Both the position numbers and the translations under genes were made by a program. This document shows positions 36,806 to 44,836 of a stretch of DNA of 64,000 nucleotides, one piece after another. The stretch's first letter is position 1. Each line of letters starts with the position of its first letter. Below the pieces are notes generated by a model. That model was not told where the DNA came from. It searched no databases and was given only the letters and a program-made list of their open reading frames with translations. Where the stretch lies: the IMG/VR virus record IMGVR_UViG_3300022218_000001, positions 7,179 to 71,178 of that record; one strand, 5' to 3'. This stretch comes from a virus (lineage: Duplodnaviria > Heunggongvirae > Uroviricota > Caudoviricetes).

Positions 36806-37473
36806 GGCGTCCACCTCGGGAATGGAGCACCGCCGCGAATACGCGGCCAATCGCTCGTTGGGTGGAGACTGATGGCCCCGGAGAGAAGCCCCTGGCGTGC
36901 GTACTGAGCGATCCGGTCCCGTTGTTCCTTGAGGCGATACGGCACCGGAGCCTTCCACTCGAAGGGTGCCACGTAGTGTGGGGTTCCTCGCATGGGGGTG
37001 CCCTGGATGCGCTTTCGCTGCATGTCGGCGCCGGCAACGACGATCTGCGAGAAGCCCGAGCGCGATGCGGTGTGGAGGGCTCGGCAGAAGACTGAGCCCA
37101 TCGGCCCCGGATGCTCTGCCTGAGCGCCGTTGTAGAAGTAAGCCTCCTGCATTCGCCCCCGGAACCGGGGCATCCAGTACTCGTGGACGATTGCGCGCCA
37201 AACTGGGTAATTTTCGTCCACTCGTCGGCGAAACTCCCTCTGAAGGGGGTTGTCGTACACTGCATCGAGGTGGTTCGCGAACCAAAATGTACGGGGTGAG
37301 GCCAGCATCCATGCCGGCAGGGCGGTGATGGTGGCGTTGACGGCCCATACGTGCCAACCCCGGAACTGCTCCAGGTCGAGACGCGCGAAGCTGTGGCCAC
37401 AACAGAGGAGGGCCAGTCTTTCGGCACGGTACCGTCCGTAGAGCTTCTCTTCGATTCTTCCTTCCTTTTTCAT
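36802..37473 (-). CDS. MptE/DUF115-like (Maf-type) protein
   Basis: ALLCCGHSFARLDL loop and FCRALHTASRSGFSQIVVAGADMQ motif; first gene of minus-strand operon. Confidence 0.5.
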   Translation of the reverse strand: MKKEGRIEEKLYGRYRAERLALLCCGHSFARLDLEQFRGWHVWAVNATITALPAWMLASPRTFWFANHLDAVYDNPLQREFRRRVDENYPVWRAIVHEYWMPRFRGRMQEAYFYNGAQAEHPGPMGSVFCRALHTASRSGFSQIVVAGADMQRKRIQGTPMRGTPHYVAPFEWKAPVPYRLKEQRDRIAQYARQGLLSGAISLHPTSDWPRIRGGAPFPRWTP

Positions 37474-37569
37474 CCTTCTCCGTAGCCAGAAAAGAGACCC
37501 CCCTCTTTTATTTTTTTGATGGGGGGTGGGTCCTTTTCCAGGATCTCCGATTCTCAGTTTGAGGCAAGT

Positions 37570-38170
37570 CCGATTTGCTATGGACTTTTTCCGCGAGCGC
37601 GAGAGCCGATTTGCTATAGGCTTTTTCCGCGAGCGCGGAACTCCTCCAGTTGTGGGCTCGTCTTGCTGGCGAGCATGGCGTCCAGGGAGCTGAATGTTCT
37701 GGAGGCGTGCCAGGTTGCCCGATCGAATCTGCTCTCCACGGTTACGCAGAGCCCCCAGTCTGTGATTGCAACGACAATCCCCGCCGGCCCCCCGTTGCGA
37801 TGGAAGAGCTGCATTCCAATCTCAATCTCGATGCCGTCTGCTGTGCGTGGCGTGATTACGAGCATCTTCCCTTCGCTGTCAGTTTTCATCGATTCCTCTA
37901 TTCCCCGATTTGCTATAGACTTTTTCCGCGAGCGCGAAAGCCGATTTGCTATGGACTTTTCTCATGAGCGCGAGTTTGGGACCTGGGTGTCGTAGCCGAT
38001 GGCGGAAATGCCCGAGAGCCGATTTGCTATAGACTTTTTCCGCGAGCGCGAAAGCCGATTTGCTGTGGAATTTTGGCCAACGTAAAGTCAATTCCTTCAG
38101 AGGAAAACCGAAACCTATTTCGAGGCAAACCCGATTTGCTATAGGCATTTTCCGTAAGCGCGTGTTAGGG
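37570..38170. repeat. array of seven copies of a 36-bp direct repeat CCGATTTGCTATAGACTTTTTCCGCGAGCGCGAAAG
   Basis: Copies near 37570, 37606 (tandem), 37905, 37941 (tandem), 38019, 38055, 38130; partial dyad TTTCCGCG-A-GCGCGAAA inside unit. Confidence 0.85.
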
Positions 38171-38244
38171 GGCCTCGATGACGTGGCTATCGGGCTCCTC
38201 GGGCATCCTGGGCTCCTCGGAATGGCGAAAATCGACCAAACACG

Positions 38245-38340
38245 TAAGTTTCGATGAGACCTCGACTTACGTAAGCTTAGACGAGACGCCAGTTTACGAC
38301 GTTGCCGTAAGCTTTGATGGTAGCTATAGTTATGTAACCA
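38245..38340. repeat. three imperfect 27-bp tandem repeats (GTAAGYTT...TTAC)
   Basis: gtaagtttcgatgagacctcgacttac / gtaagcttagacgagacgccagtttac / gtaagctttgatggtagctatagttat. Confidence 0.6.
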
Positions 38341-38593
38341 TCGCAAACACGGGAGTTTACAGACTTCGGGCGATGAGGCTCCGAAGGACTCCCGAGAGGC
38401 GATGCCACAATATGATTTCATCTGAGCTTTCTGTCTTGGTTGCTTTTCCTCCTGCGGTTTTTGGTTTCGCAGATCTCAGATGCGCGATGTCGCGCGCCGA
38501 TTATGGTTCGCTGAGACTCGCCCGTATTATACGAGCGAGGAGATAAAATTTCGACAAAAAAACTTTTTTCTTGTTTTTTTCCTCATTATCCCT

Positions 38594-38610
38594 TGTTTCG
38601 CCCGTATAAT
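38594..38610 (+). promoter_or_regulatory. promoter-like conserved motif TTTCGCCCGTATAATATG with AT-rich upstream element
   Basis: Same motif as at 20201-20220; -35 weak but preceded by A/T tracts. Confidence 0.4.
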
Positions 38611-38670
38611 ATGGACGAACTAAGTAAATCGGGACAGATCCATTCTACTCAAAACCGCAGGAGGCGAACG

Positions 38671-38904
38671 ATGGCTGGCACGATGGGAATCGACCAAAAC
38701 GGAACATGTTGGCACGAACTAGGCAAGAACCCGCGCGCCGAATTGTTAAGGCGTTTAGACAGGAAATCGGCGAGGAAATTTTACCGCGATTCCAAAGACG
38801 GGGGTTGTCGCCATGTTGGCTATATTGTTTCCGGATTGTGGATCGAACTTTTTACAGTCTGCCCTTGGGATAGCCCGGGACAGAAAACCGCAGGAGGCGA
38901 ATGA
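38671..38904 (+). CDS. hypothetical small protein
   Basis: RBS gcaggagg before ATG 38671. Confidence 0.35.
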   Translation: MAGTMGIDQNGTCWHELGKNPRAELLRRLDRKSARKFYRDSKDGGCRHVGYIVSGLWIELFTVCPWDSPGQKTAGGE

Positions 38905-39323
38905 TGATGAACGGGACAGAGGAGCGCAGGACGCGCGAAAAATTGGATTCATTCGAGCGGGCCTACATCGAATGTGTTCTTTGGTCTTCTTTCGATGAAT
39001 CAGGCGAACCGCTTGATAGGAACTACGAGGCTTTTGACTTTTCCGATGAAGCCTCAGACGACATGCGAGATGTTTGCGCGCAATTCTTGGAACGGTTTTC
39101 GGACGTCGACCTTGACTCCGAACGTGAGACGGAAAGCCCCGAGGATGTCTTATCGCTTGCGGGGCATGATCTGTGGTTATCCCGTAACGGGCATGGTGCG
39201 GGATTCACAGATGGCGATTGGCGGGAGCCTTTTGCATCGCAAGCGGCGGAATTCGCGGCGGAGCTTGGAAAGGCGCATGCTTACGTTGGACGTGATTGCT
39301 ACATTTATTTTTTCGAAGGATAG
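38901..39323 (+). CDS. hypothetical acidic protein
   Basis: Same gcaggaggcgaa leader as upstream gene; ATGATG start. Confidence 0.4.
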   Translation: MMMNGTEERRTREKLDSFERAYIECVLWSSFDESGEPLDRNYEAFDFSDEASDDMRDVCAQFLERFSDVDLDSERETESPEDVLSLAGHDLWLSRNGHGAGFTDGDWREPFASQAAEFAAELGKAHAYVGRDCYIYFFEG

Positions 39324-39335
39324 GAGGGTTTTGCG

Positions 39336-40265
39336 ATGGGTATTTACTGCGATGGCTGCTCTAAGCCTCTCGATGCAAACCGAGAGGAAAACTTGACAGA
39401 AACAGGAGGCTCTCTTTGTTCAGAGTGTAGGAATCCGGCTTGCGATGATTGTGGGAAATCCCTGGCCAAGAGAAATGAGATTGGCGATACGACTTGCGCA
39501 GAATGCCAGGGTATTTCGACGAAAGATGACATCAAGGCAGATGGGCATGAGAGAGGCGCCAACGTTGCATCGTGGCTCGATATTCCAGAGCTTGGATCTG
39601 CGATCGATCGCTTTGAAGCGATGGAGCTTACATGCGCAGGACGATCCGATGTTGTTACTCGCGAGAATTGTGCGGAGCTTATGGAGCTTAGAGCCTACGA
39701 AGGAGAGCTTAACGCCAGGCAATTCTCGCCATTTGAATTTACAGCAAAACGGCTGAATGATCTGGACTCTGAGCTTGAAACGTTGCAAGAATTCGAGCCA
39801 GGGAACGAGGCTCTTGACTACGAGCCATGGGAAGAATTCTACGATGGGATCACAGAGGGGATCCAAGAGGAAATCGCGCGACGAGCCCCTCTTTTCTTCT
39901 CGCCTGCACCAGCACATGATGCGGATGGATCCTCTCGTGTAGGGCTTTTCGTCGCGCGTCCATCTGACCTTGTCTCATGCCTTGGACAACCCCACATCCA
40001 AGGCAAAGAAGGGAAGACTACGGTCGAATGGCGGTTCAGGGATCAACACGGGAACATCTGGACGTTGTACGACTACAAACAAGTTCCCGATGGCGGAGCC
40101 TATTCCTGGCATATCGGCACGGTTGCGGCTGTCAAGGAAAGGGCGGATGAGTTTACTTCCTGGCTCGAAGAGAAAATGAGCCAGGTTAAAAACGGATGTG
40201 ATTCTTGCGAAGCGACAACCATCAACGGCGTCTTTTGTCACGAGACCGGATGCCAGAACGCATAG
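39336..40265 (+). CDS. hypothetical protein with N-terminal zinc ribbons
   Basis: CDGCSKP...CSEC...CDDCG...CAEC. Confidence 0.45.
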   Translation: MGIYCDGCSKPLDANREENLTETGGSLCSECRNPACDDCGKSLAKRNEIGDTTCAECQGISTKDDIKADGHERGANVASWLDIPELGSAIDRFEAMELTCAGRSDVVTRENCAELMELRAYEGELNARQFSPFEFTAKRLNDLDSELETLQEFEPGNEALDYEPWEEFYDGITEGIQEEIARRAPLFFSPAPAHDADGSSRVGLFVARPSDLVSCLGQPHIQGKEGKTTVEWRFRDQHGNIWTLYDYKQVPDGGAYSWHIGTVAAVKERADEFTSWLEEKMSQVKNGCDSCEATTINGVFCHETGCQNA

Positions 40266-40323
40266 AACGAAAATAGCCCAAGATTTTTTGGGCTTCAAAA
40301 CCACAGAACCACCGGAGGATACG

Positions 40324-41076
40324 ATGATGACAGAAGAGAGGACCACAGATGCGGAAACATTTGCGCGCGAAAATTGCCTGGCCTATACGGGCGATGTTGA
40401 CTGCGCCGCATGGGGAGGCTCGTTTCTAAACTTGAACCGAGAACATCACGAGAATGGGTACATTGAATGCTTGCGCGTCCAACGTCTTGACGATGCGCCG
40501 TTCTCATCTCTGATTTTGCTCGAGAGTTTAACACTCCTGATCGATCCTCCTGGATCAGATCATTGGAACGAGGCAGCGACATCATGCGGTCACGCCAAAC
40601 CCGATAGGCTTTCACGGCTTGCGTGCAAGATTGCCAGAACCATAGGACGCAAATGGAAACCAGGATGCATCGCGCGATTCCTGGAGCGATTTGCTCCGCG
40701 TTTTACGCGGTACATCGGAGATGTTTTGATCCGGTTTGCCGTAGCCAGGGAGATGCGCGATATTATCGCGGAAAGAAAGGCGATGCCAGAACGCGAACGT
40801 GTTCAATTCGACGCGGAGCTTTCTCTCTGGTACGGGCGATACGATCCGGCAGAAATGGGATACGACCATCATACATTCGCCGTTCTTACAGAAGAGCTTG
40901 ATGAGGATGCGCTCGAGACTCTTCGATGCGGGAGCCTCGAGCCACAGGCGAATGTCTTCACGGTCGATGAAGACGGCGATGTGATGTTCGACGAGGCTCT
41001 TTTCTTTGAGGCTCTTCAGGACAGAGCAGATGCGACTTTCAGCGACATGACATCGACCGATTGTCTTATTGATTGA
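40324..41076 (+). CDS. hypothetical protein
   Basis: RBS ggagga before ATGATG 40324. Confidence 0.4.
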   Translation: MMTEERTTDAETFARENCLAYTGDVDCAAWGGSFLNLNREHHENGYIECLRVQRLDDAPFSSLILLESLTLLIDPPGSDHWNEAATSCGHAKPDRLSRLACKIARTIGRKWKPGCIARFLERFAPRFTRYIGDVLIRFAVAREMRDIIAERKAMPERERVQFDAELSLWYGRYDPAEMGYDHHTFAVLTEELDEDALETLRCGSLEPQANVFTVDEDGDVMFDEALFFEALQDRADATFSDMTSTDCLID

Positions 41077-41106
41077 AACCCACACAAAACCACAGGGAGA
41101 AAGACC

Positions 41107-42024
41107 ATGACGATAGAACGAACAACCACGATGCGAAGGACCTACGGTTACGGAGCCTACCATGCGGAATTCGAGCCCGATCCAACGACGCCGAATTCCT
41201 TTTTTGCGCAAGCCGTGAACCGAGAAACGGGCGAAAGGCGGGAGCTTGAAACCTCCTGCGAGAAAACAGCCAGAGAGTTTTGCATAGGTGCCACGGATCC
41301 CGAGTCTGCGGCTTTTGAGCTTATCTGGACTCCCGCGCGCCGCAACTACGATGCGATAGAGACGGAGGCGAATGCTACGGCAAACAAGCTTCAAGACACC
41401 TGCCCGATGGAGCCCAAAGAGGAAGGGCGATTTGTCGCGGGTTTTATCTGCGGGTACCGCGATGGCGAAGTGGGCACGCGGAGCATAGCGGCCGATGGTC
41501 TTGATGATCCAGACTGGCTCAAGGGATACCGCGCTGGGCTCAAGAGATTTGAAGAAAGGCGAAATGTCGATTCAAAACTCGAGAACCGCTACCTTGCCAA
41601 CATCCGATCCTTCAAAGAGCCCCATCTGGCCTACGATGCGATGCGCGCCGATGTGCTCGCCTTTCTCGACAGTTTCACCCGATTCTTCACGGAAATGCAT
41701 GAAAGAGCGCGCGGAGGTAAGTCTTGGCCAGCTTGCGGGGACCTTGGCCACATCCGCCAAATCTTGCTCGCAGAGGCGATTGCTTTCGGTCTAATCAACG
41801 ATGAGAAGAGATCAAGGTCAACGGCCGATACCAAAAAGCGAGACCACCGAAGGCTGTACGCGGTTCAGTCAAGCCGTGAAAACGGCCGGCAGTTGCCCAC
41901 ATTCTACCTTGACGCCGATGTTCAAGGACTCACAGACAAGATGGGCGCAGTGCGGGTTGCTCTGGATATTCTCGAAGACGATGCGCCAATAGAGCCCGGA
42001 TCGATTTGCGTCGTTGAACTATAG
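41107..42024 (+). CDS. hypothetical protein
   Basis: RBS agggaga before ATG. Confidence 0.45.
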   Translation: MTIERTTTMRRTYGYGAYHAEFEPDPTTPNSFFAQAVNRETGERRELETSCEKTAREFCIGATDPESAAFELIWTPARRNYDAIETEANATANKLQDTCPMEPKEEGRFVAGFICGYRDGEVGTRSIAADGLDDPDWLKGYRAGLKRFEERRNVDSKLENRYLANIRSFKEPHLAYDAMRADVLAFLDSFTRFFTEMHERARGGKSWPACGDLGHIRQILLAEAIAFGLINDEKRSRSTADTKKRDHRRLYAVQSSRENGRQLPTFYLDADVQGLTDKMGAVRVALDILEDDAPIEPGSICVVEL

Positions 42025-42103
42025 CCAAAACCACCATCGGCGCGCCGCATGTATACGCCAACATCGCATACCGCGCGTCGATGTCGCCACAGGGAGAGAT
42101 GCG

Positions 42104-42316
42104 ATGCTAAAACTCCGATTTTCAACACAAGATGCCAGCTTTGAGAATTTCGAGACATCTGGCTCCGCCGATGTGCTACGGGAGATAGCCGAAAGGCTGG
42201 ATACGTTGACAGTCAACATGGCGGAAGAAGGAGGCGCGATTCACGACGAAAACGGGAACACCATCGGCCGATGGGAATTTGCTCGAGAGCAGAAAGCCGG
42301 AAGGGGAAAACGATGA
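42104..42316 (+). CDS. hypothetical small protein carrying repeat unit
   Basis: RBS gggagaga; contains ANMAEEGGAIHDENGNTIGRWEFAR segment duplicated in next gene. Confidence 0.35.
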   Translation: MLKLRFSTQDASFENFETSGSADVLREIAERLDTLTVNMAEEGGAIHDENGNTIGRWEFAREQKAGRGKR

Positions 42317-42636
42317 ATGACTCGCCTGAAGTTTACATCCACCTGTACTACAAGCCGGATCCCTCGTTGACAGCCAACATGGCGGAAGAAGGAGGCGCGA
42401 TTCACGACGAAAACGGGAACACCATCGGCCGATGGGAATTTGCTCGAGATTACATCCACCTGTACTACAAGCCGGATCCCTACACGAGCCAGGAGGATCA
42501 AATCTGCGCGGTCTGTGGGCTCCCGTTGGATGGTCTTGTCGTTTGCTGTTCCGATGCCACGTACGACGACGGTACGCATGACGGCGCCGTCTGTACCGAT
42601 TGCTGCTATCACAACAAAGAAAGGGCGATGCGATGA
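42313..42636 (+). CDS. hypothetical Cys-containing protein with internal tandem duplication
   Basis: YIHLYYKPDP + ANMAEEGG... unit repeated; C-terminal CAVCGLP...CTDCC. Confidence 0.4.
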   Translation: MNDSPEVYIHLYYKPDPSLTANMAEEGGAIHDENGNTIGRWEFARDYIHLYYKPDPYTSQEDQICAVCGLPLDGLVVCCSDATYDDGTHDGAVCTDCCYHNKERAMR

Positions 42637-42983
42637 AGAAAGGATATGACATTCACGACTTTCGGCGCGCAGCTTGGTTTTGCGCGTACGACAATTTTGA
42701 CGAGATTTTCGACAATAGAACGGGCGAAGCGAACGCAACGCGGATCGCGGAGCTTGCGGCCGACGACCTTGGTCTTGCGGACTATCCCGGGATTCTGGAC
42801 GACGAAACCCATCCCCTTTGGGATATTGCCGTAGATGTGGCCAAGGGGGTTGAGGCTGGTACTCGAGCAGAGGAAATGAGAAGGGCGAGGATCGTCTGTG
42901 GGATAGCCAACAACCATCGGAGAAGGCTCCGTTCGGCGCGCGCTAATTTGTTGCGCGCGGTAGAAAGGGGGGTTTCAAGATGA
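42633..42983 (+). CDS. hypothetical protein
   Basis: ATGA overlap. Confidence 0.4.
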   Translation: MKKGYDIHDFRRAAWFCAYDNFDEIFDNRTGEANATRIAELAADDLGLADYPGILDDETHPLWDIAVDVAKGVEAGTRAEEMRRARIVCGIANNHRRRLRSARANLLRAVERGVSR

Positions 42984-43315
42984 ATGCTCGATTTTGGATT
43001 TATTGGAACGAACCAACGAAGATCACTTTGAAGCCAGGACAGAGGATCCAGCTTTACCGGTTTGAAAAAACCGAAGAGGGATACCACGAAGAATGGATGG
43101 ATTTTGAGTATTTCGCATCTGAGGGGGTTGTCTTTAACCAATACGGGACATCGGGGCGCGATTGTGACGGGGGTTTTGATACGATGGGGATGCGCGATGT
43201 GCGCATAAACCAGCTTCGGGCTGTCTACAATGGCGAGGCGGATGTGTTCTATCCTGAATGGCGAAAAGTGCAGGACGGGCAGCGCGATTTTAGCGCGGAG
43301 AAAGCGGGATACTGA
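42980..43315 (+). CDS. hypothetical protein
   Basis: 111-aa ORF. Confidence 0.4.
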   Translation: MNARFWIYWNEPTKITLKPGQRIQLYRFEKTEEGYHEEWMDFEYFASEGVVFNQYGTSGRDCDGGFDTMGMRDVRINQLRAVYNGEADVFYPEWRKVQDGQRDFSAEKAGY

Positions 43316-43316
43316 G

Positions 43317-43565
43317 ATGAACGCGAAAACATGGACAATTGTCGCTATGCTCCCGTTTCCGGCTGCCTTGGCCGTGTTGCTTTTCATAGCGGGTCGCGCG
43401 CTAAAGAGACGATGCGGGGGTTGTGGGGGGGATAAAACGGCGATGCGGGAGCCTACTGTGGCCGATGGCGAGAAACGGCGATGCGGTAGGCTACGGGGCG
43501 CAGGAGGCGCGCGCGCTTGCGCCGAGACTTCTTTTCGCGCGCGTAAATTCACAATGACAGAATAA
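43317..43565 (+). CDS. small membrane protein
   Basis: TM segment WTIVAMLPFPAALAVLLFIAG then CGGCGG. Confidence 0.35.
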   Translation: MNAKTWTIVAMLPFPAALAVLLFIAGRALKRRCGGCGGDKTAMREPTVADGEKRRCGRLRGAGGARACAETSFRARKFTMTE

Positions 43566-43596
43566 CCACTCTGGATTTGCTTCTTTCTGTGGTTTG

Positions 43597-43634
43597 AGCC
43601 CTTGCGGTATGGTTCCCGTAGGGGCTCTTTTTTT
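43597..43634 (+). terminator. rho-independent terminator
   Basis: gagccc ... gggctc stem + T7. Confidence 0.6.
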
Positions 43635-43691
43635 GCCTGCTCCCTGCGCTCTACGGCGCTGCCCGTTGCTACCGTCCCGCCCTACCCGCAT

Positions 43692-44369
43692 CGCATCGCC
43701 CGTAGTATACAGGCACAACAGCGCCGCTTGTGGGCTCGATGTGGCCATCGAGGTTCAGCCTCAGACCGATCGATCTATTAGACTTACGGAAAATCCTGCG
43801 ACACCGACGGAAATCTGAACCATCATCCCATCGCGCGTTTTGTTCAGGACGCATGATGATAGGCCAGCAACGATCGCATCTCGAGGCTCCCACCACCATG
43901 TGCCCACATCCATCGGCGCCCCCCCCGTTTCTCCGTTTCAATGCTGCGGGGCGACCCCCTTCCACCGTACCGCATCGCCGATGCGGCGCATGGTACTGCG
44001 GAGCCCATCGCATCGCCCCGACCTACTGCGGCGCGCGCCTCCTGAACCCTTCCGCCCGACGTCGAAACCGTCGAAAACGTCGAAAACGTCGAGCCTCCTG
44101 CGGCGCATCGCCGATGCGATGACTCCCCGATGCGGGTTGCGCGCCCTACGCTCCCTTCTATGGAGCCTCGAAGAAGCCTCGACGCATCTGTCGCGCGCGC
44201 CTCTCAAAGCCTCTCAGAGGGGCGCCTCGAGGCTCAGAGGTGGCTGATTTCTCGATGCTAAGGATCGAGATGTCCATTCTGGCCGTGGCGATGGACTGAG
44301 CATGCGTAGTGCATCCAAAAAGGGTTTTTTGACTTTGAGGCTTGACTTTCTCGCCAGAACCGCATCGCC
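43692..44369. repeat. five dispersed copies of CGCATCGCC (two as near-palindrome CGCATCGCCGATGCG) plus 3x tandem GTCGAAAAC
   Basis: Copies at about 43692, 43971, 44009, 44104, 44361; tandem at 44059-44092; region is noncoding. Confidence 0.7.
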
Positions 44370-44428
44370 GTTTCCCCGCAACTGTGGTACGCTGTTACAC
44401 AGACAGAGCAACTTAGGAGGTGAAGAGA

Positions 44429-44743
44429 ATGCGAAAGCGAGAAGCACAATCAGCGGTCTACGCTTCCAAGAACCCCCTTGTAGCGTGCGGCCTTCGCGAA
44501 CCCTTCGCAGACAACAGCCCTGAGCCCCTGGTGTTGAGCTTGAGAATGTTTCCCGACTTCAATGGCCGCTTGGCGATCAAGGCTGGCGGTGGACACATCA
44601 CCATCGCCTGTAGGGACCAGGCCTCTAAAATCGCGCTCCTTTCGGCCATAGAGGACGCGCTCGCATCTCGGAACCTTGATGAGCGCAGGTGGCGTGACTC
44701 TTCGGAGAAGCTTGAGCAGGAGCGCAAGGAAGGACTCTCGTGA
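44429..44743 (+). CDS. hypothetical small protein
   Basis: RBS aggagg 8 nt before ATG 44429. Confidence 0.35.
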   Translation: MRKREAQSAVYASKNPLVACGLREPFADNSPEPLVLSLRMFPDFNGRLAIKAGGGHITIACRDQASKIALLSAIEDALASRNLDERRWRDSSEKLEQERKEGLS

Positions 44744-44836
44744 GTGATCAAGTAGACATGGAAAGTGACCAAGCACAGGTGACCAAGTAGCGGCACAGAA
44801 GCCCATAAATGGCGAAAAGACAAAGGCTAATCAGGA

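Noticed and set aside
36806-37402. N-terminal 199-aa Pro/Arg-rich extension of the 393-aa minus-strand ORF 36221..37402
   Set aside because: The extension overlaps the upstream MptE-like gene (36802..37473) in another frame and is low-complexity. The conserved sulfotransferase-like domain starts at internal Met 36805, which gives the typical ATGA overlap.
37570-38170. Possible CRISPR array (36-bp repeats)
   Set aside because: Two repeat pairs are directly tandem with zero spacer. The remaining gaps are short and irregular. Several copies are degenerate. No cas genes or leader were seen. It is better explained as iterons or binding-site repeats.
37516-38546. ORFs 37516..37995(+), 37650..37967(+), 37879..38421(-) and 38178..38546(+) from the six-frame track
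   Set aside because: Their periodic peptide repeats (ICYGLFPRAR…, KSAFALAEKVYSKS…, VSFDETSTY…) are just translations of the DNA repeats. They have no RBS and lie in an otherwise promoter-rich noncoding hub.
38593-38670. TTG-initiated N-terminal 26 codons of ORF 38593..38904
   Set aside because: The segment coincides with the TTTCGCCCGTATAATATG promoter motif. A proper RBS (gcaggagg) and ATG occur at 38671, which is the more likely start.
44383-44400. Possible sigma54 promoter TGGTACGCTGTTACA
   Set aside because: The -12 element is AC rather than the essential GC, and no enhancer-binding protein gene is evident. It was treated as chance similarity.
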